Counted from the first letter of the stretch, positions 1 to 10,032 are shown. The stretch is DNA of 64,000 nucleotides from Thermoproteota archaeon (GCA_027492035.1 JAOZFT010000004.1:113929-177928); one strand, 5' to 3'. Translations and numbers: made by a program. Notes: generated by a model not told the origin, from the sequence alone.

Positions 1-245
1 GTAGGGGCGAGAAACTTCGTTTCTATTCCCTTCCTATGTATTTTCCTTACAGTTTTCACTAATCCTTCTCTTTTTAGAATTGAAATGTGGTAATATAATC
101 GTTGCTCGTTTATGTTTAGTTCCTTAGCTAGTTTTTTCGTGTAAAGAGGTTTCTTAGCTAACCTTCTAAGTATTTCGACGCGTGTGGGGTGAGCTAATGC
201 TTTTAGTTCATTTATAGTGAGTAATTTAAACTTTTTATTAATCAC
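1..245 (-). CDS. ArsR/SmtB-family winged-helix transcription regulator, partial (C-terminus runs off the window start)
   Basis: Minus-strand ORF from GTG at 245, opened by in-frame TAG; translation MINKKFKLLTINELKALAHPTRVEILRRLAKKPLYTKKLAKELNINEQRLYYHISILKREGLV matches the ArsR HTH pattern. Not in the ORF track because it is truncated by the window edge. Confidence 0.5.
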   Translation of the reverse strand, partial: MINKKFKLLTINELKALAHPTRVEILRRLAKKPLYTKKLAKELNINEQRLYYHISILKREGLVKTVRKIHRKGIETKFLAP

Positions 246-558
246 CTTTTTCCACCTAAAGTTTAAATTTTCTTATAACGGTATAAATTTTTTTTAGTTC
301 TCTATTTTGAATACAGCTTCTTATTTCAATGAAAAACTCGAAGAAGATCACAGAGAAAAGGAAAGATAAATGTAGAATAATGAAACTTTATTCAGTGATT
401 GTGCAAATGGATTGTATGATTTCACGTTTCTTATCTGTTTTAACAATCTTTAAATGAAGATTTTTATAAGAGCAATCAGTCTCTGAAAGTGTTTTACTTA
501 ATTTAGGGGGATACATGATCCTTCAACTAGCCATTTTCATTGAGTGGGGGAAACAAAC

Positions 559-2367
559 TTGTGCGGCATTGTGGGTGTCATAAGTAAAGAATTTAATGTT
601 GCTCCTTTAATTGTTTCTATGCTGAAAAAATTGGAGTATAGAGGGTATGATTCCGCCGGTGTAGCTTTGGTTCAACCGGGAAAAGTAGTTGTAAAAAAGG
701 ATAGAGGAGTGATTGATGACATCAGGGAGAGGTATAACTTAACCAAAATGGAAGGTAAGGTAGGTTTAGGCCATACAAGATGGGCAACGCATGGGGCTCC
801 TTCACATAAAAATGCTCACCCCCATCAGGATTGCAGGGGTGAAATAGCAGTTGTACATAACGGTATAATTGAAAATTATGTGGAGTTGAAGAGGGAATTA
901 GTTATTCGAGGACATTTATTCAAATCTGAAACAGATACAGAAGTTATACCGCATTTAATAGAAGAAAAGTTAGCTGAAGGATTAGATTTGAAGGAAGCAG
1001 TTAAGGAAACAGTTAAAAAATTAAAGGGTTCCTTTGCTATTGCTGTTGTTTCAAGCAAGTTTCCCCATAAAATAGTTGCAGCTAAGAAAGGTAGTCCACT
1101 GGTGGTAGGTGTGTCTGAAGAAGCTTTATTCATAGCTTCTGATATACCAGCCTTTCTTCAACAAACAAACAAAGTTATTTTCATAAGCGAGGAAGAAATT
1201 GTTACTCTTACTGGTAATAAGGTTGAAATTGAAACTTTTAACGGTCAAAAAGTGAAAAGAACTATTCAAACAATAAACTGGACATATGAAATGGCTCAAA
1301 AATCAGGATATCCACATTTCATGTTAAAAGAAATAGAAGAACAACCCCTAGCTATAAAAGAAACCCTTAGATCAACTAATGGTGAACTAATGGAGATAGT
1401 TGAGGAAATAGTGAAAAATGAGGGAAACCTCTACTTTGTAGCAAGCGGAACCTCTTACCACGCTACACTTGCTGGAAAGTATATTTTCGCAAAAGTGGCG
1501 GGGATACCCTTTGAAACTATGCAATCATCGGAATTTACTGAAGCAATAGTTCCTACTCTTAGCCCAAAATCACTGGTTTTTGCAGTTAGTCAATCGGGAG
1601 AAACTGCTGACACAAAAGTTTCACTTAAAAAAGCTAAAGAAAGGGGGGCTAAAACCATTGCTTTAACAAATGTTTTAGGAAGCTCAATAACTAGGATAGC
1701 TGATGAAGTATGTTACACTTACGCAGGCCCTGAGATAGGAGTAGCTGCAACTAAAACATTCACTTCTCAAATTACGTTGCTGACTTATCTCGCCCTTAAA
1801 TCAGCTGAGGTTTTAGGGCTTGAAGTGGAGGAGAAGTTTAGAAAACTGAAAAAGTTACCTCAATACCTTTCTAAAACTTTAACCACATCCAACCTTGCGC
1901 AAAGAATAGCTAAAGAAATAAAAAGCCATGGAGACGTTTACTTTATTGGAAGAGGAGTAGGATATCCAGTAGCTTTGGAAGGAGCCTTAAAATTGAAGGA
2001 AATAAGTTATATTCATGCGGAGGGAACAGGAGCGGGGGAGTATAAGCATGGTCCACTGGCGTTAATTAGTGAAAACACTCCTGTGGTAGCTGTTGTTACG
2101 CCCGGCCCATCGCAAACAAAGATGGTGGGAAACATAGAAGAAGTAAAAGCAAGAGGAGCTAAAGTTATTTCGATAGCTCCAGAAGGAAACAAAAAAATAG
2201 AGGAAATGTCGAACTTCACCTTTAAAATAAATAGAGAAGTGGATGAATTCCTATCACCAGCACCTTACATAGTTCCTTTACAATATTTAGCTTATTATAC
2301 AGCAGTTTTAAGAGGTTTAAACCCAGACAAGCCTAGAAACCTGGCTAAAAGCGTCACTGTAGAGTAA
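559..2367 (+). CDS. glmS: Glutamine--fructose-6-phosphate aminotransferase (isomerizing)
   Basis: N-terminal nucleophile CGIVGV directly after a TTG at 559, class II amidotransferase domain, two SIS domains, C-terminal ...KSVTVE. Start placed at TTG 559 so Cys is residue 2; ORF track starts at 544. Confidence 0.9.
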   Translation: MCGIVGVISKEFNVAPLIVSMLKKLEYRGYDSAGVALVQPGKVVVKKDRGVIDDIRERYNLTKMEGKVGLGHTRWATHGAPSHKNAHPHQDCRGEIAVVHNGIIENYVELKRELVIRGHLFKSETDTEVIPHLIEEKLAEGLDLKEAVKETVKKLKGSFAIAVVSSKFPHKIVAAKKGSPLVVGVSEEALFIASDIPAFLQQTNKVIFISEEEIVTLTGNKVEIETFNGQKVKRTIQTINWTYEMAQKSGYPHFMLKEIEEQPLAIKETLRSTNGELMEIVEEIVKNEGNLYFVASGTSYHATLAGKYIFAKVAGIPFETMQSSEFTEAIVPTLSPKSLVFAVSQSGETADTKVSLKKAKERGAKTIALTNVLGSSITRIADEVCYTYAGPEIGVAATKTFTSQITLLTYLALKSAEVLGLEVEEKFRKLKKLPQYLSKTLTTSNLAQRIAKEIKSHGDVYFIGRGVGYPVALEGALKLKEISYIHAEGTGAGEYKHGPLALISENTPVVAVVTPGPSQTKMVGNIEEVKARGAKVISIAPEGNKKIEEMSNFTFKINREVDEFLSPAPYIVPLQYLAYYTAVLRGLNPDKPRNLAKSVTVE

Positions 2368-2380
2368 GGAGTTGTTTAGG

Positions 2381-3484
2381 ATGACAGATTTATGTTTCAT
2401 ATCTAACAGTTTTCCTCCGGATAAAGTTGGCAGCAAAGAATATTACGCGTTTCACGTATACAACCGCGTAAAACCAATTTGGGATGTAAAAGTAATAACT
2501 AAACATTGGTTATTAAAAATTCAAGATGAAAACGTTATCCAACTGGATTTCTGGAAAGTAAGAAAGATAGGAACTTACCTCTGGGCTCATAAAGTAGCTA
2601 AGGTTTTGAAGGAACAAAACCCAAAACATGTTCATGCCTTCGATTTTAGATCAATTTATTCAGCTTATTTGAGCGGCTTAAATTTTTCAGGGACATTACA
2701 CCATGAAGACATAAATTACATATCTAAACACTTTCTTCTCAAAAGAGTTTTTAGGAAATACTTTGAGAAAAGCGACAAGGTTTTCGTAACCAACTATAAA
2801 TCGTTAAATCTTCTGAAGAATTCCTTTAAGGATATAACCGATAAACTTGAACTTCTACCTTTAGGAGTTGATGCAAATAAGTTTTCTCCCTTTCAAAAGA
2901 CCAACACTATAAAGAAAAGGCTAAGTCTAGGCGAGAATGTTATTTTGCACGTCAGTGGTGAACTAACCCAAAACCAAGAATTAAAAAATTTAATTGAAGC
3001 ATACCGTAAATTAAAGAAAGAAATAAATGTCTCTTTGCTGATAATAGGGAAACCCTCTGAGAGTTTCAAAGATAAGTACAACCAACTTGTTAGAAACAGT
3101 CCCGACGTGACTTTCCTGGAATTTGTCCCTCACACAGAAATAAACAAGTATTACGCTTTAGCTGATGTTTTTGTTACCTTACCTTTAAAATATGACGGTG
3201 TGGGTTTGTCCATTCTGGAGGCAATGGCTTCAGCCACTCCTGTAATTTGTCCTCCTTCAGAAATCTATAAAGAAATGGGGGAGGAAAATATATTAACAGT
3301 CCCTAATGTAAAGGATGTTAAGGCACTAACAAAAATTCTAAAGGCTGTTCTAACAGATAAGAAATTCTCTAAAACATTAGGCTACAAGTCAAGGAAGTAT
3401 GTGATGGAGAATTATACGATCGAAACAATGATTTCTAAGTTGTCAAAGTATTTTGAAGAGAAAATAAAAAAAGTGAAATCTTGA
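2381..3484 (+). CDS. Glycosyltransferase, family 4 (GT-B fold)
   Basis: C-terminal EAMASATPVICPP motif typical of GT4/group 1 glycosyltransferases; ATG at 2381 preferred over the TTG at 2372. Confidence 0.7.
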   Translation: MTDLCFISNSFPPDKVGSKEYYAFHVYNRVKPIWDVKVITKHWLLKIQDENVIQLDFWKVRKIGTYLWAHKVAKVLKEQNPKHVHAFDFRSIYSAYLSGLNFSGTLHHEDINYISKHFLLKRVFRKYFEKSDKVFVTNYKSLNLLKNSFKDITDKLELLPLGVDANKFSPFQKTNTIKKRLSLGENVILHVSGELTQNQELKNLIEAYRKLKKEINVSLLIIGKPSESFKDKYNQLVRNSPDVTFLEFVPHTEINKYYALADVFVTLPLKYDGVGLSILEAMASATPVICPPSEIYKEMGEENILTVPNVKDVKALTKILKAVLTDKKFSKTLGYKSRKYVMENYTIETMISKLSKYFEEKIKKVKS

Positions 3485-3550
3485 AAGGCTACACCATATT
3501 TCATAACAAGGCTTTTCCGAAGCTAGAAATGCTCTAAGGAATTTAAAAAG

Positions 3551-5146
3551 TTAGGGTAAATATTTGACCATATAAGCCCCCAAGTGTTCGTACCCTAGCC
3601 TTTTATAGTATAATTTTGTACCTAAAGCGCTTGTTACCAGAATTTTCTCTTTACGGTGCTTTTCACTTATTTCTTCAGCTAAAGATAAAAGCTTCTTTCC
3701 TACACCCTTATGCTGGTAAGCATTTTTTTTCTTGGCACCTACAGGAATCATCTCGCCATAAACATGCAGCTCACGAACTAACGCTGACTTACCCCTTATC
3801 TCCCACCTGAAAACCTTTGAAGAAGGAAATCTGAGCCTAAGAAAACCTACCAATGCGTCCTCTAACTTAGCCGTTAAAAAGAATTCACGCCCCCCCGAGG
3901 CTTCATAACTAGTTATTTCATAACTTATTTCACAGGAACCTTCCTTTTTCTTCTTCAAACGACCTATTTCATTACATCTTATGCATTTGCATCTTAACCC
4001 CTTTTCATCCATGTATTCCTTAATAAGTTGTCTTAAATTGCTTTTCTTAACACCAGCTGCTATTTCCGGTGCTGGGATGTCACGTTGAACCCGCATTATC
4101 CGCACCCAAGGCGGAACTAAGGATTTTATTGCAGCAATTACTTCAATTGCAGTTTCTAAACTGTAAGGGATGTACACCCCCTCTTTCCAAAGGGTATAAA
4201 GCTTAGTTCCAGGAATAACCAAGGTGGGGTAGATCTTTAACATGTCAGGTTTAAATTTCTCATCCATGAATATTTCCTTCGCCATTGAAACATCCATCTT
4301 AGGAGTTGAACCAGGTAAACCAGGCATGATATGGTAACATACTTTTAAACCGGAGTCTTTCAGTTGTTGAGTGGCTTCATAAACATCCTTTACTCCATGT
4401 TCCCTATTTATCAAGGAGTATATTTCATCATAAATGGTTTGTACACCTAATTCAACCCTGGTAACACCTAATTCCAGCATTAAGTTTATATGTTCCTTTT
4501 TTGAATAATCAGGCCTTGTCTCCACAGTTAAACCAACATTTCTTATTTCACTTGACTCAGCAAGCCTTTTTGTTTCCTCTAGCGTCCTTCCTATTTTATT
4601 ATTTAAAGCGTCTAAACATTTTTTCACAAACCCCCTTTGATAATTTCTTGACATTGCAGGGAAAGTGCCTCCCATAATAATTAGTTCAACTTTGCTTACG
4701 GTATGTCCTATGGAGGATAATTGCTTTATACGCTGTTTAACTTGCATGTAAGGATTGAATTCGTTTTGAATTGCCCGCATAGCTGCTGGTTCTTTGCCTG
4801 TATAGCTCTGAGGAACGTCGCCAAAAATCGAACTAGGTCCTCCAGGGCAATAAATACATGGTTTATCTTTGGGACAGGGGAAGGGATGAGTCATAACTGC
4901 TATAACATTCACGCCTGAAAGACTTCTGACATTTTTTATCCTCAACAAGTTTTTAAATTGAAACAGCCCCCTCTTTTCCATGTAGGAGATAATCTCTGAA
5001 TTTTTGGGGACCCTTCTCAAGTTTAGCCTTTTAGCTACCTTAATCTTTAATTTATTAAGTTGAACAGGGTCCACAGTTCCTGAATTGGGAATTTCTTTCA
5101 ACAATTCTTCAGAGAAAACATTTGTGGACCAGAGGGTGTTTTCCAA
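3551..5146 (-). CDS. elp3: Elongator Elp3-like tRNA uridine(34) acetyltransferase (radical SAM + GNAT)
   Basis: Radical SAM cysteine motif CIYCPGGP, 531 aa, C-terminal GNAT-like region HKGVGKKLLSLAEE. Confidence 0.85.
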   Translation of the reverse strand: MENTLWSTNVFSEELLKEIPNSGTVDPVQLNKLKIKVAKRLNLRRVPKNSEIISYMEKRGLFQFKNLLRIKNVRSLSGVNVIAVMTHPFPCPKDKPCIYCPGGPSSIFGDVPQSYTGKEPAAMRAIQNEFNPYMQVKQRIKQLSSIGHTVSKVELIIMGGTFPAMSRNYQRGFVKKCLDALNNKIGRTLEETKRLAESSEIRNVGLTVETRPDYSKKEHINLMLELGVTRVELGVQTIYDEIYSLINREHGVKDVYEATQQLKDSGLKVCYHIMPGLPGSTPKMDVSMAKEIFMDEKFKPDMLKIYPTLVIPGTKLYTLWKEGVYIPYSLETAIEVIAAIKSLVPPWVRIMRVQRDIPAPEIAAGVKKSNLRQLIKEYMDEKGLRCKCIRCNEIGRLKKKKEGSCEISYEITSYEASGGREFFLTAKLEDALVGFLRLRFPSSKVFRWEIRGKSALVRELHVYGEMIPVGAKKKNAYQHKGVGKKLLSLAEEISEKHRKEKILVTSALGTKLYYKRLGYEHLGAYMVKYLP

Positions 5147-5465
5147 TTCTATATACCCCTAAATTTAATTAGTTTGGGAAAGGATAGTTTATTAGGGGGA
5201 GAGAGAAACTTTAATAATATTCTTTTAAATTCTCCTTAGCCTTTCATGGGAGTAGAGGAAAAAAGGCAGGTTTACTTACGTTACTTTTTTAAGGTATACC
5301 TTTATATTTTTAAACATTGAAGGAATTTTATGGAAGGGAAACGTGAGCATGGGATTTCTTTATTGCTTCTCTCCTTTTTTTTAAAAAAAAAGGGAGAGTG
5401 AATGAAAAAGAGTAAAGGGTGAGAAGACTTTCTGCAGGTTAAAATTTTGAGGAGGTGATACTTTT

Positions 5466-5647
5466 ATGCCAAGAGGCAGCCACAGGTTTTAACCGGCTAG
5501 GGCAGCTTGGCAAAGGCAGGAAAGGTTAGAAAAGCTACTCCTAAGGTTGAAGGGAAAAAGAGACGCAGTCCCCCAGCTAGGGTAAGAAATAAAAGAAATT
5601 ACATTAAGAGGGTGTTATTGAAAAGAAAAATTGGTCAACCTAAGTAG
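5466..5647 (+). CDS. rps30e: Ribosomal protein S30e, interrupted: ATG exon 5466-5480, 26-nt intervening sequence 5481-5506, body 5507-5647
   Basis: Body frame encodes (GS)LAKAGKVRKATPKVEGKKRRSPPARVRNKRNYIKRVLLKRKIGQPK, matching the S30e HGSLxKAGKVR core. ATG CCA AGA GGC AGC (MPRGS) sits upstream in another frame; deleting 26 nt joins it in frame to give MPRGSLAKAGKVR... Alternative: simple TTG start at 5507. Confidence 0.5.
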
Positions 5648-5681
5648 GGAAGATCCAATTAAAAGACTAAGTAGGTAAAAA

Positions 5682-6860
5682 TTGAAAATGAAAGCTTACC
5701 TAACTGTTTCACCATTGGGAGTGTTAGCAGTAAATGAAAAAAAGGAAATAATTCTAGTTAAGAAATTAAAGGGGGATATAAACCAAGTAACGGACAAATT
5801 TATCTCTTTTTTAGAAAAAAGGACACTTACAGAACTCAATAACGCCTTAGAAGAATTACTAGATATGGGATACCGAGAAATAAACATTGAAGAGAGGGAA
5901 CCTGTAAAGGTAAAGGAAGAAATTAAGGGAGTCATAAAATATAGTATACCAAATAAAGCTGGTTTATTGTTTAGAAGATATTTCACGGCTTTATCAGTTG
6001 AAAAATTTGGTTTCAGAAACAAAAAGGAAGCAAGAAGACGCATTCGTGAAGTAAGTATAAGGGTTACGGTTTATGGAATAAAGAAGGATAGATCCAGAAA
6101 GGATTTATCGATCATTCAAGCCATACATGTATTAGATGACTTGGAAAAAATGCTTAACTCCCTCTTTTTGAGGATAAAGGAATGGTACTCACTATACTTT
6201 CCTGAACTGTTTGATATATTAGAGTCTCAAGAATTAATAATCAAACTAATTTCCAAATTTAAGAAACCAGAAAAGATTAACCCACAAACCCTTAAGGAAG
6301 AATTTAATTTGCCATCAGAGATTATAAATAAAATAGCGAGTTCCATTAATGAAACTGTTGGGGCGAAGTTGCAAGAGAGAGACAGTGAGGTTATAGAGGA
6401 ATTGATTCAGGAGTGGCTTTCTTTAAAAAAGTGCTATGATGCAGTGAGGGGCTACATAGAAGAGGAAATGCCGAAAGTAGCACCAAACACTTCTTCACTT
6501 ACAGGGGCATTAATAGCTGCCCGGCTTATTTCGTCAGCAGGAGGGCTGGAATCACTTGCTAAATTACCCTCAAGCACTATCCAGTTATTAGGAGCTGAAA
6601 AAGCTTTATTCAGGTTTATAAGAGGAAAAGGTACACCCCCAAAACATGGAGTTATTTACCAATACCCTTTAATAAGGAAGTCAAACAAGAAAGTAAGAGG
6701 GAAGCTAGCTCGTAAACTTGCTAACAAGATAGCCATTGCAGCTAGAATTGACATGTTTTCAGGGGGCAGAGGTGAAGGCAAGCTTCAAGAAAAATTTGTG
6801 AGAGAAATCAAAAATATTGTTAAGGAAGAAAGGAATGAAAGTAATAAACAGCAAATTTGA
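5682..6860 (+). CDS. nop5: Box C/D snoRNP protein Nop5 (Nop56/58)
   Basis: NOP domain LIAARLISSAGGLESLAKLPSSTIQLLGAEKALFR, coiled-coil middle region, immediately followed by fibrillarin. Confidence 0.9.
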   Translation: MKMKAYLTVSPLGVLAVNEKKEIILVKKLKGDINQVTDKFISFLEKRTLTELNNALEELLDMGYREINIEEREPVKVKEEIKGVIKYSIPNKAGLLFRRYFTALSVEKFGFRNKKEARRRIREVSIRVTVYGIKKDRSRKDLSIIQAIHVLDDLEKMLNSLFLRIKEWYSLYFPELFDILESQELIIKLISKFKKPEKINPQTLKEEFNLPSEIINKIASSINETVGAKLQERDSEVIEELIQEWLSLKKCYDAVRGYIEEEMPKVAPNTSSLTGALIAARLISSAGGLESLAKLPSSTIQLLGAEKALFRFIRGKGTPPKHGVIYQYPLIRKSNKKVRGKLARKLANKIAIAARIDMFSGGRGEGKLQEKFVREIKNIVKEERNESNKQQI

Positions 6861-7515
6861 GGGAATTTACTGGTTAAAAAAAGGTAAGAGAAAGTTCTTA
6901 GTAACAAAAAATTTAGTGCCTGGATTTAGAAGCTGTAATGAAGAAATAGTTTATGTAAATGGTCGAGAGTATAGAGTATGGGACCCTTACAGGTCAAAAG
7001 CTTCTGCAGCGATACATAAAAAGGTAAAAGAGTTTCCTGTGAAGGAGGGGGACCTAATACTCTACCTTGGAGTAGCTTCTGGTACCACAGCGTCTTATTT
7101 AAGTGACATTATTGGTGAAGAGGGAGTCATCTATGGAGTTGATTTCTCAGCTTCAGCTTTATTACCATTAATCCAAATTGCAAGGAAAAGGGAAAATATT
7201 GTTCCTTTACTCGCAGATGCAAGAACTCCTTCACGGTATATTAACTTCGTCGAAGAAGTTGATGTGGTGTACTGCGACGTTGCGCAACCTAACCCTACTA
7301 GTATTGTGTCGACTAATTCAAATCTTTTTTTGAAAGAGTCAGGTTATGTACTGCTTGCTATAAAAGCCAGCAGCATCGATATTTCAAAAAAACCTAAAGA
7401 AGTGTACCTAGAAGAAGAGAAGAAGCTGAAAGAGACGGGTTTTGAAATAATTGACTCAGTGAATTTAGTGCCTTACCATAAGAAACATGCTTTCCTTCTC
7501 TTGAAAAGGAAGTAA
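6835..7515 (+). CDS. flpA: Fibrillarin-like rRNA/tRNA 2'-O-methyltransferase
   Basis: YRVWDPYRSKASAAI and SAM-binding YLGVASGTTASY motifs; conserved nop5-flpA pair. Start taken at internal ATG (MKVINSKF...) overlapping the nop5 end. Confidence 0.9.
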   Translation: MKVINSKFEGIYWLKKGKRKFLVTKNLVPGFRSCNEEIVYVNGREYRVWDPYRSKASAAIHKKVKEFPVKEGDLILYLGVASGTTASYLSDIIGEEGVIYGVDFSASALLPLIQIARKRENIVPLLADARTPSRYINFVEEVDVVYCDVAQPNPTSIVSTNSNLFLKESGYVLLAIKASSIDISKKPKEVYLEEEKKLKETGFEIIDSVNLVPYHKKHAFLLLKRK

Positions 7516-7532
7516 ATTTAGAGAAAAGAGAC

Positions 7533-8669
7533 ATGAAGCTTAAACTTTATAAGGAGGGAAAAGTTTTCTTCTTTGCTTCCCAAGGAGAACTTAATTCCTC
7601 CGCACCTGTTTTCTATAACCCGAAAATGAAACAGAATAGAGATTTCACAATATTAGTGGGAGCATGGCTTAGGAAAGAAAAGAAAAAAGGAATAAATTAT
7701 TTAGAGCCATTATCAGCTTCTGGAGTTAGAGGGTTAAGGTTTGCAAAAGAAATTGAGGCCTCTAAAGTAATTATTTCAGACAAGAAAAAGACAGCTTACC
7801 AAGTAATGCAGACGAACATCAAAATAAATGAGTTGGAAAGTAAAGTAACTCCTTTCAATTTGAAGGCAATTACCTTAATGGAAATACTTAAAGAAATGAT
7901 GTTCTGGTTTGATTTAGTTGACATAGACCCTTTTGGTTCACCAATCTACTTTGTTGAAGCTGCCTCAGCTATTCTTAAAAGGAGAGGAGTACTAGCGGTT
8001 ACAGCTACGGATTTAGCCACTTTACAAGGTGTTAAACCTGAAACATGTTTTAGAAGATACGGAGTAATGCCTTATAGAACAGATTATTCTAAAGAACTTG
8101 GTCTGAGAGTATTAATAAGTTCAGTAATTTTACGAGTCTCTCCCTCTGAAATATTTCTGGAACCTATTCTGTCCTTTGCAGGTAAGCATTACTACAGAAT
8201 TTTCTTTCAAGAGGTGAAAGGTTTCAATTATAAGAGATGGGGTTACAATCTCTACTGCAAAAGTTGCTTATGGAGAGGAACAACCTCAATTGAAGAGAGT
8301 CACTACCATAAATGCCCCAATTGTGGAGGGAATATAAAGGTTATAGGGCCATTATGGTTAGGCCCTCTGGTATCGTGCAACTTAATTGAAAAATTAAAAG
8401 AAATGCTTAGAAATTTTCGATATATAGAAGATAGAGAGAACCAAAAGTTGCTTAGTTTGTTAAGTCAAGAATGTTCAGCCCCTCCTTTCTATTTCGATCT
8501 TCATTCTTTTTCGTCTAGAATAAGAGTCTCTCCACCAAACATCGAAGAAACAATGCTTAGGGTTAAAGAGCTAGGTTACTCAGCCTACAGAACCCATTTC
8601 TCCTCCACTGCAATAAAATCAAACATTGGCGCAAAGGACTTGACTGAATTGTTACGAAGGAGGAATTAA
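7533..8669 (+). CDS. trm1: tRNA (guanine(26)-N2)-dimethyltransferase
   Basis: VDIDPFGSPIYFVEAA motif and C-terminal Cys cluster (CKSCLW...CPNCGG) typical of archaeal Trm1. Confidence 0.8.
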   Translation: MKLKLYKEGKVFFFASQGELNSSAPVFYNPKMKQNRDFTILVGAWLRKEKKKGINYLEPLSASGVRGLRFAKEIEASKVIISDKKKTAYQVMQTNIKINELESKVTPFNLKAITLMEILKEMMFWFDLVDIDPFGSPIYFVEAASAILKRRGVLAVTATDLATLQGVKPETCFRRYGVMPYRTDYSKELGLRVLISSVILRVSPSEIFLEPILSFAGKHYYRIFFQEVKGFNYKRWGYNLYCKSCLWRGTTSIEESHYHKCPNCGGNIKVIGPLWLGPLVSCNLIEKLKEMLRNFRYIEDRENQKLLSLLSQECSAPPFYFDLHSFSSRIRVSPPNIEETMLRVKELGYSAYRTHFSSTAIKSNIGAKDLTELLRRRN

Positions 8670-8671
8670 TT

Positions 8672-9043
8672 TCAGAGGCTGTTCAGCCATTTAAGTAATT
8701 TGCTGCAGTTATAGCTTCTACGGCGATCAGAGATATTACACTCATGAATGAGTTCACAAGTGAAGCAAGGGGCACTCTTTATTAAAGAGTAATCATGAAG
8801 CACTTTTTCAGGAAAGAAAGGATGATACTTATTCCCTTCGCCGTTAACCAAAAACCCCTTCTTGAGAAGGAAGTTAATAGCTTCATTAATTTTTTCTCGG
8901 GAAATCTGAAGCTTTTTTTCTAAGTCTTTTACTGTTGCCCCTTTTCCGTTGTTGGTTTTACTTATTGCATGGTAAACATCTAAGTATGTCTCTATATCGA
9001 TTTGACCCTTTTCCCCCTCCATTTCCTCCATTTCAAACCACAC
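8672..9043 (-). CDS. Winged-helix protein with C-terminal Cys cluster (possibly TFE-beta/RPC34-like)
   Basis: Winged-helix-like N-terminal region followed by CFTCELIHEC...C; family assignment uncertain. Confidence 0.3.
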   Translation of the reverse strand: MWFEMEEMEGEKGQIDIETYLDVYHAISKTNNGKGATVKDLEKKLQISREKINEAINFLLKKGFLVNGEGNKYHPFFPEKVLHDYSLIKSAPCFTCELIHECNISDRRRSYNCSKLLKWLNSL

Positions 9044-9137
9044 TCACCTTTGAAAAAATTTTCCCAAGAAAAAATTCAGCCAACAAACACCAATAAAAAT
9101 TGTATTTGCTACAATATAAAAATATTAGGTTTAAAAA

Positions 9138-9341
9138 CTATGAATTTGATGATTGAACCAAAACGTACGGTTGAGAAACAGGGCCCAGTACATCTACCAC
9201 TTTGCCTTTTAGGGTTTTCTCCCCCTTAACTGTTACTTTACTGAAGAGCTTGGGTACTTGGGAATGTTTTTTTAACTTGATAAGAAATTTACTTGGTTCA
9301 ATTTCTGTCACAATTTCACCTTCAATAATTATGCTTTTCAT
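9138..9341 (-). CDS. gar1: H/ACA ribonucleoprotein complex subunit Gar1
   Basis: GKVVDVLGPVSQPYVLV motif characteristic of Gar1; 67 aa. Confidence 0.8.
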   Translation of the reverse strand: MKSIIIEGEIVTEIEPSKFLIKLKKHSQVPKLFSKVTVKGEKTLKGKVVDVLGPVSQPYVLVQSSNS

Positions 9342-9355
9342 TGCAAAAAACTTCC

Positions 9356-9643
9356 TCAGCCCTGCTTTACTAGTTTTTCCCCTATCAACTTAAGGATGTA
9401 GGTCTTACTCTGAACTTTTTTGACTTTTAATCTTCCTTTCTCGGTGAACCAAGTTCTTGGGTGTCTTTTATTTTCTTCCAAGATAGGGTTTAGGTTTAAC
9501 CTTTGAGCTATTTGGAAGAGTTTTTGGGGGTCAGGGTTTCTAACTGACAATTTTTTCGGCACTTTTCTCCCTTTTTTCCTCGATTTCTTAGTATCAAAGT
9601 ATAGGGGGTAAATGATGATGTATTTTCCCTTCTCCTCCTTCAT
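9356..9643 (-). CDS. srp19: Signal recognition particle protein SRP19
   Basis: IIIYPLYFDTKKSRKKGRKVPK matches the SRP19 N-terminal signature. Confidence 0.8.
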   Translation of the reverse strand: MKEEKGKYIIIYPLYFDTKKSRKKGRKVPKKLSVRNPDPQKLFQIAQRLNLNPILEENKRHPRTWFTEKGRLKVKKVQSKTYILKLIGEKLVKQG

Positions 9644-10032
9644 TCTTCTTCAACTTTGACCGCGTTTATAACTCCGTTTTGGCCTGGTCGGCTTGTCACT
9701 CTTACCAAGCCCAAAGGAGTTGAGAGAATGGCTCCTTTAGTGATTACTTTCCTTCTTGTATAGATTTTGTTTGCAGGGTTTTCGATTAAGTCTTGTATCT
9801 TTGTTTTCTGTGTTTTCTTTGTTTTTGGGTCATAGACGTTCACTACCTCGTCTCTTAAAAGTTTAAATTTCACTTGCCCCCTTTTCCCCTTTACTTTTTT
9901 AAGTTTTCTTTCCCCTATTTTAGTTTGGGTTGGATAAGACCCTATTAAGGCTTTCTTTTTCGTTTTTCTATGCCTTATAAACTTCTTCCCAGTTTTCGTC
10001 CTTCCTTTCACTTCACCATGATACACAGACAT
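9640..10032 (-). CDS. rps8e: Ribosomal protein S8e
   Basis: Basic 130-aa protein; N-terminal GRTKTGKKFIRHRK and C-terminal TSRPGQNGVINAV match S8e. Confidence 0.85.
   Translation of the reverse strand: MSVYHGEVKGRTKTGKKFIRHRKTKKKALIGSYPTQTKIGERKLKKVKGKRGQVKFKLLRDEVVNVYDPKTKKTQKTKIQDLIENPANKIYTRRKVITKGAILSTPLGLVRVTSRPGQNGVINAVKVEEE

Noticed and set aside
876-2219. ORFs 876-1133 and 2013-2219 on the minus strand
   Set aside because: Antisense within glmS; no motifs; spurious.
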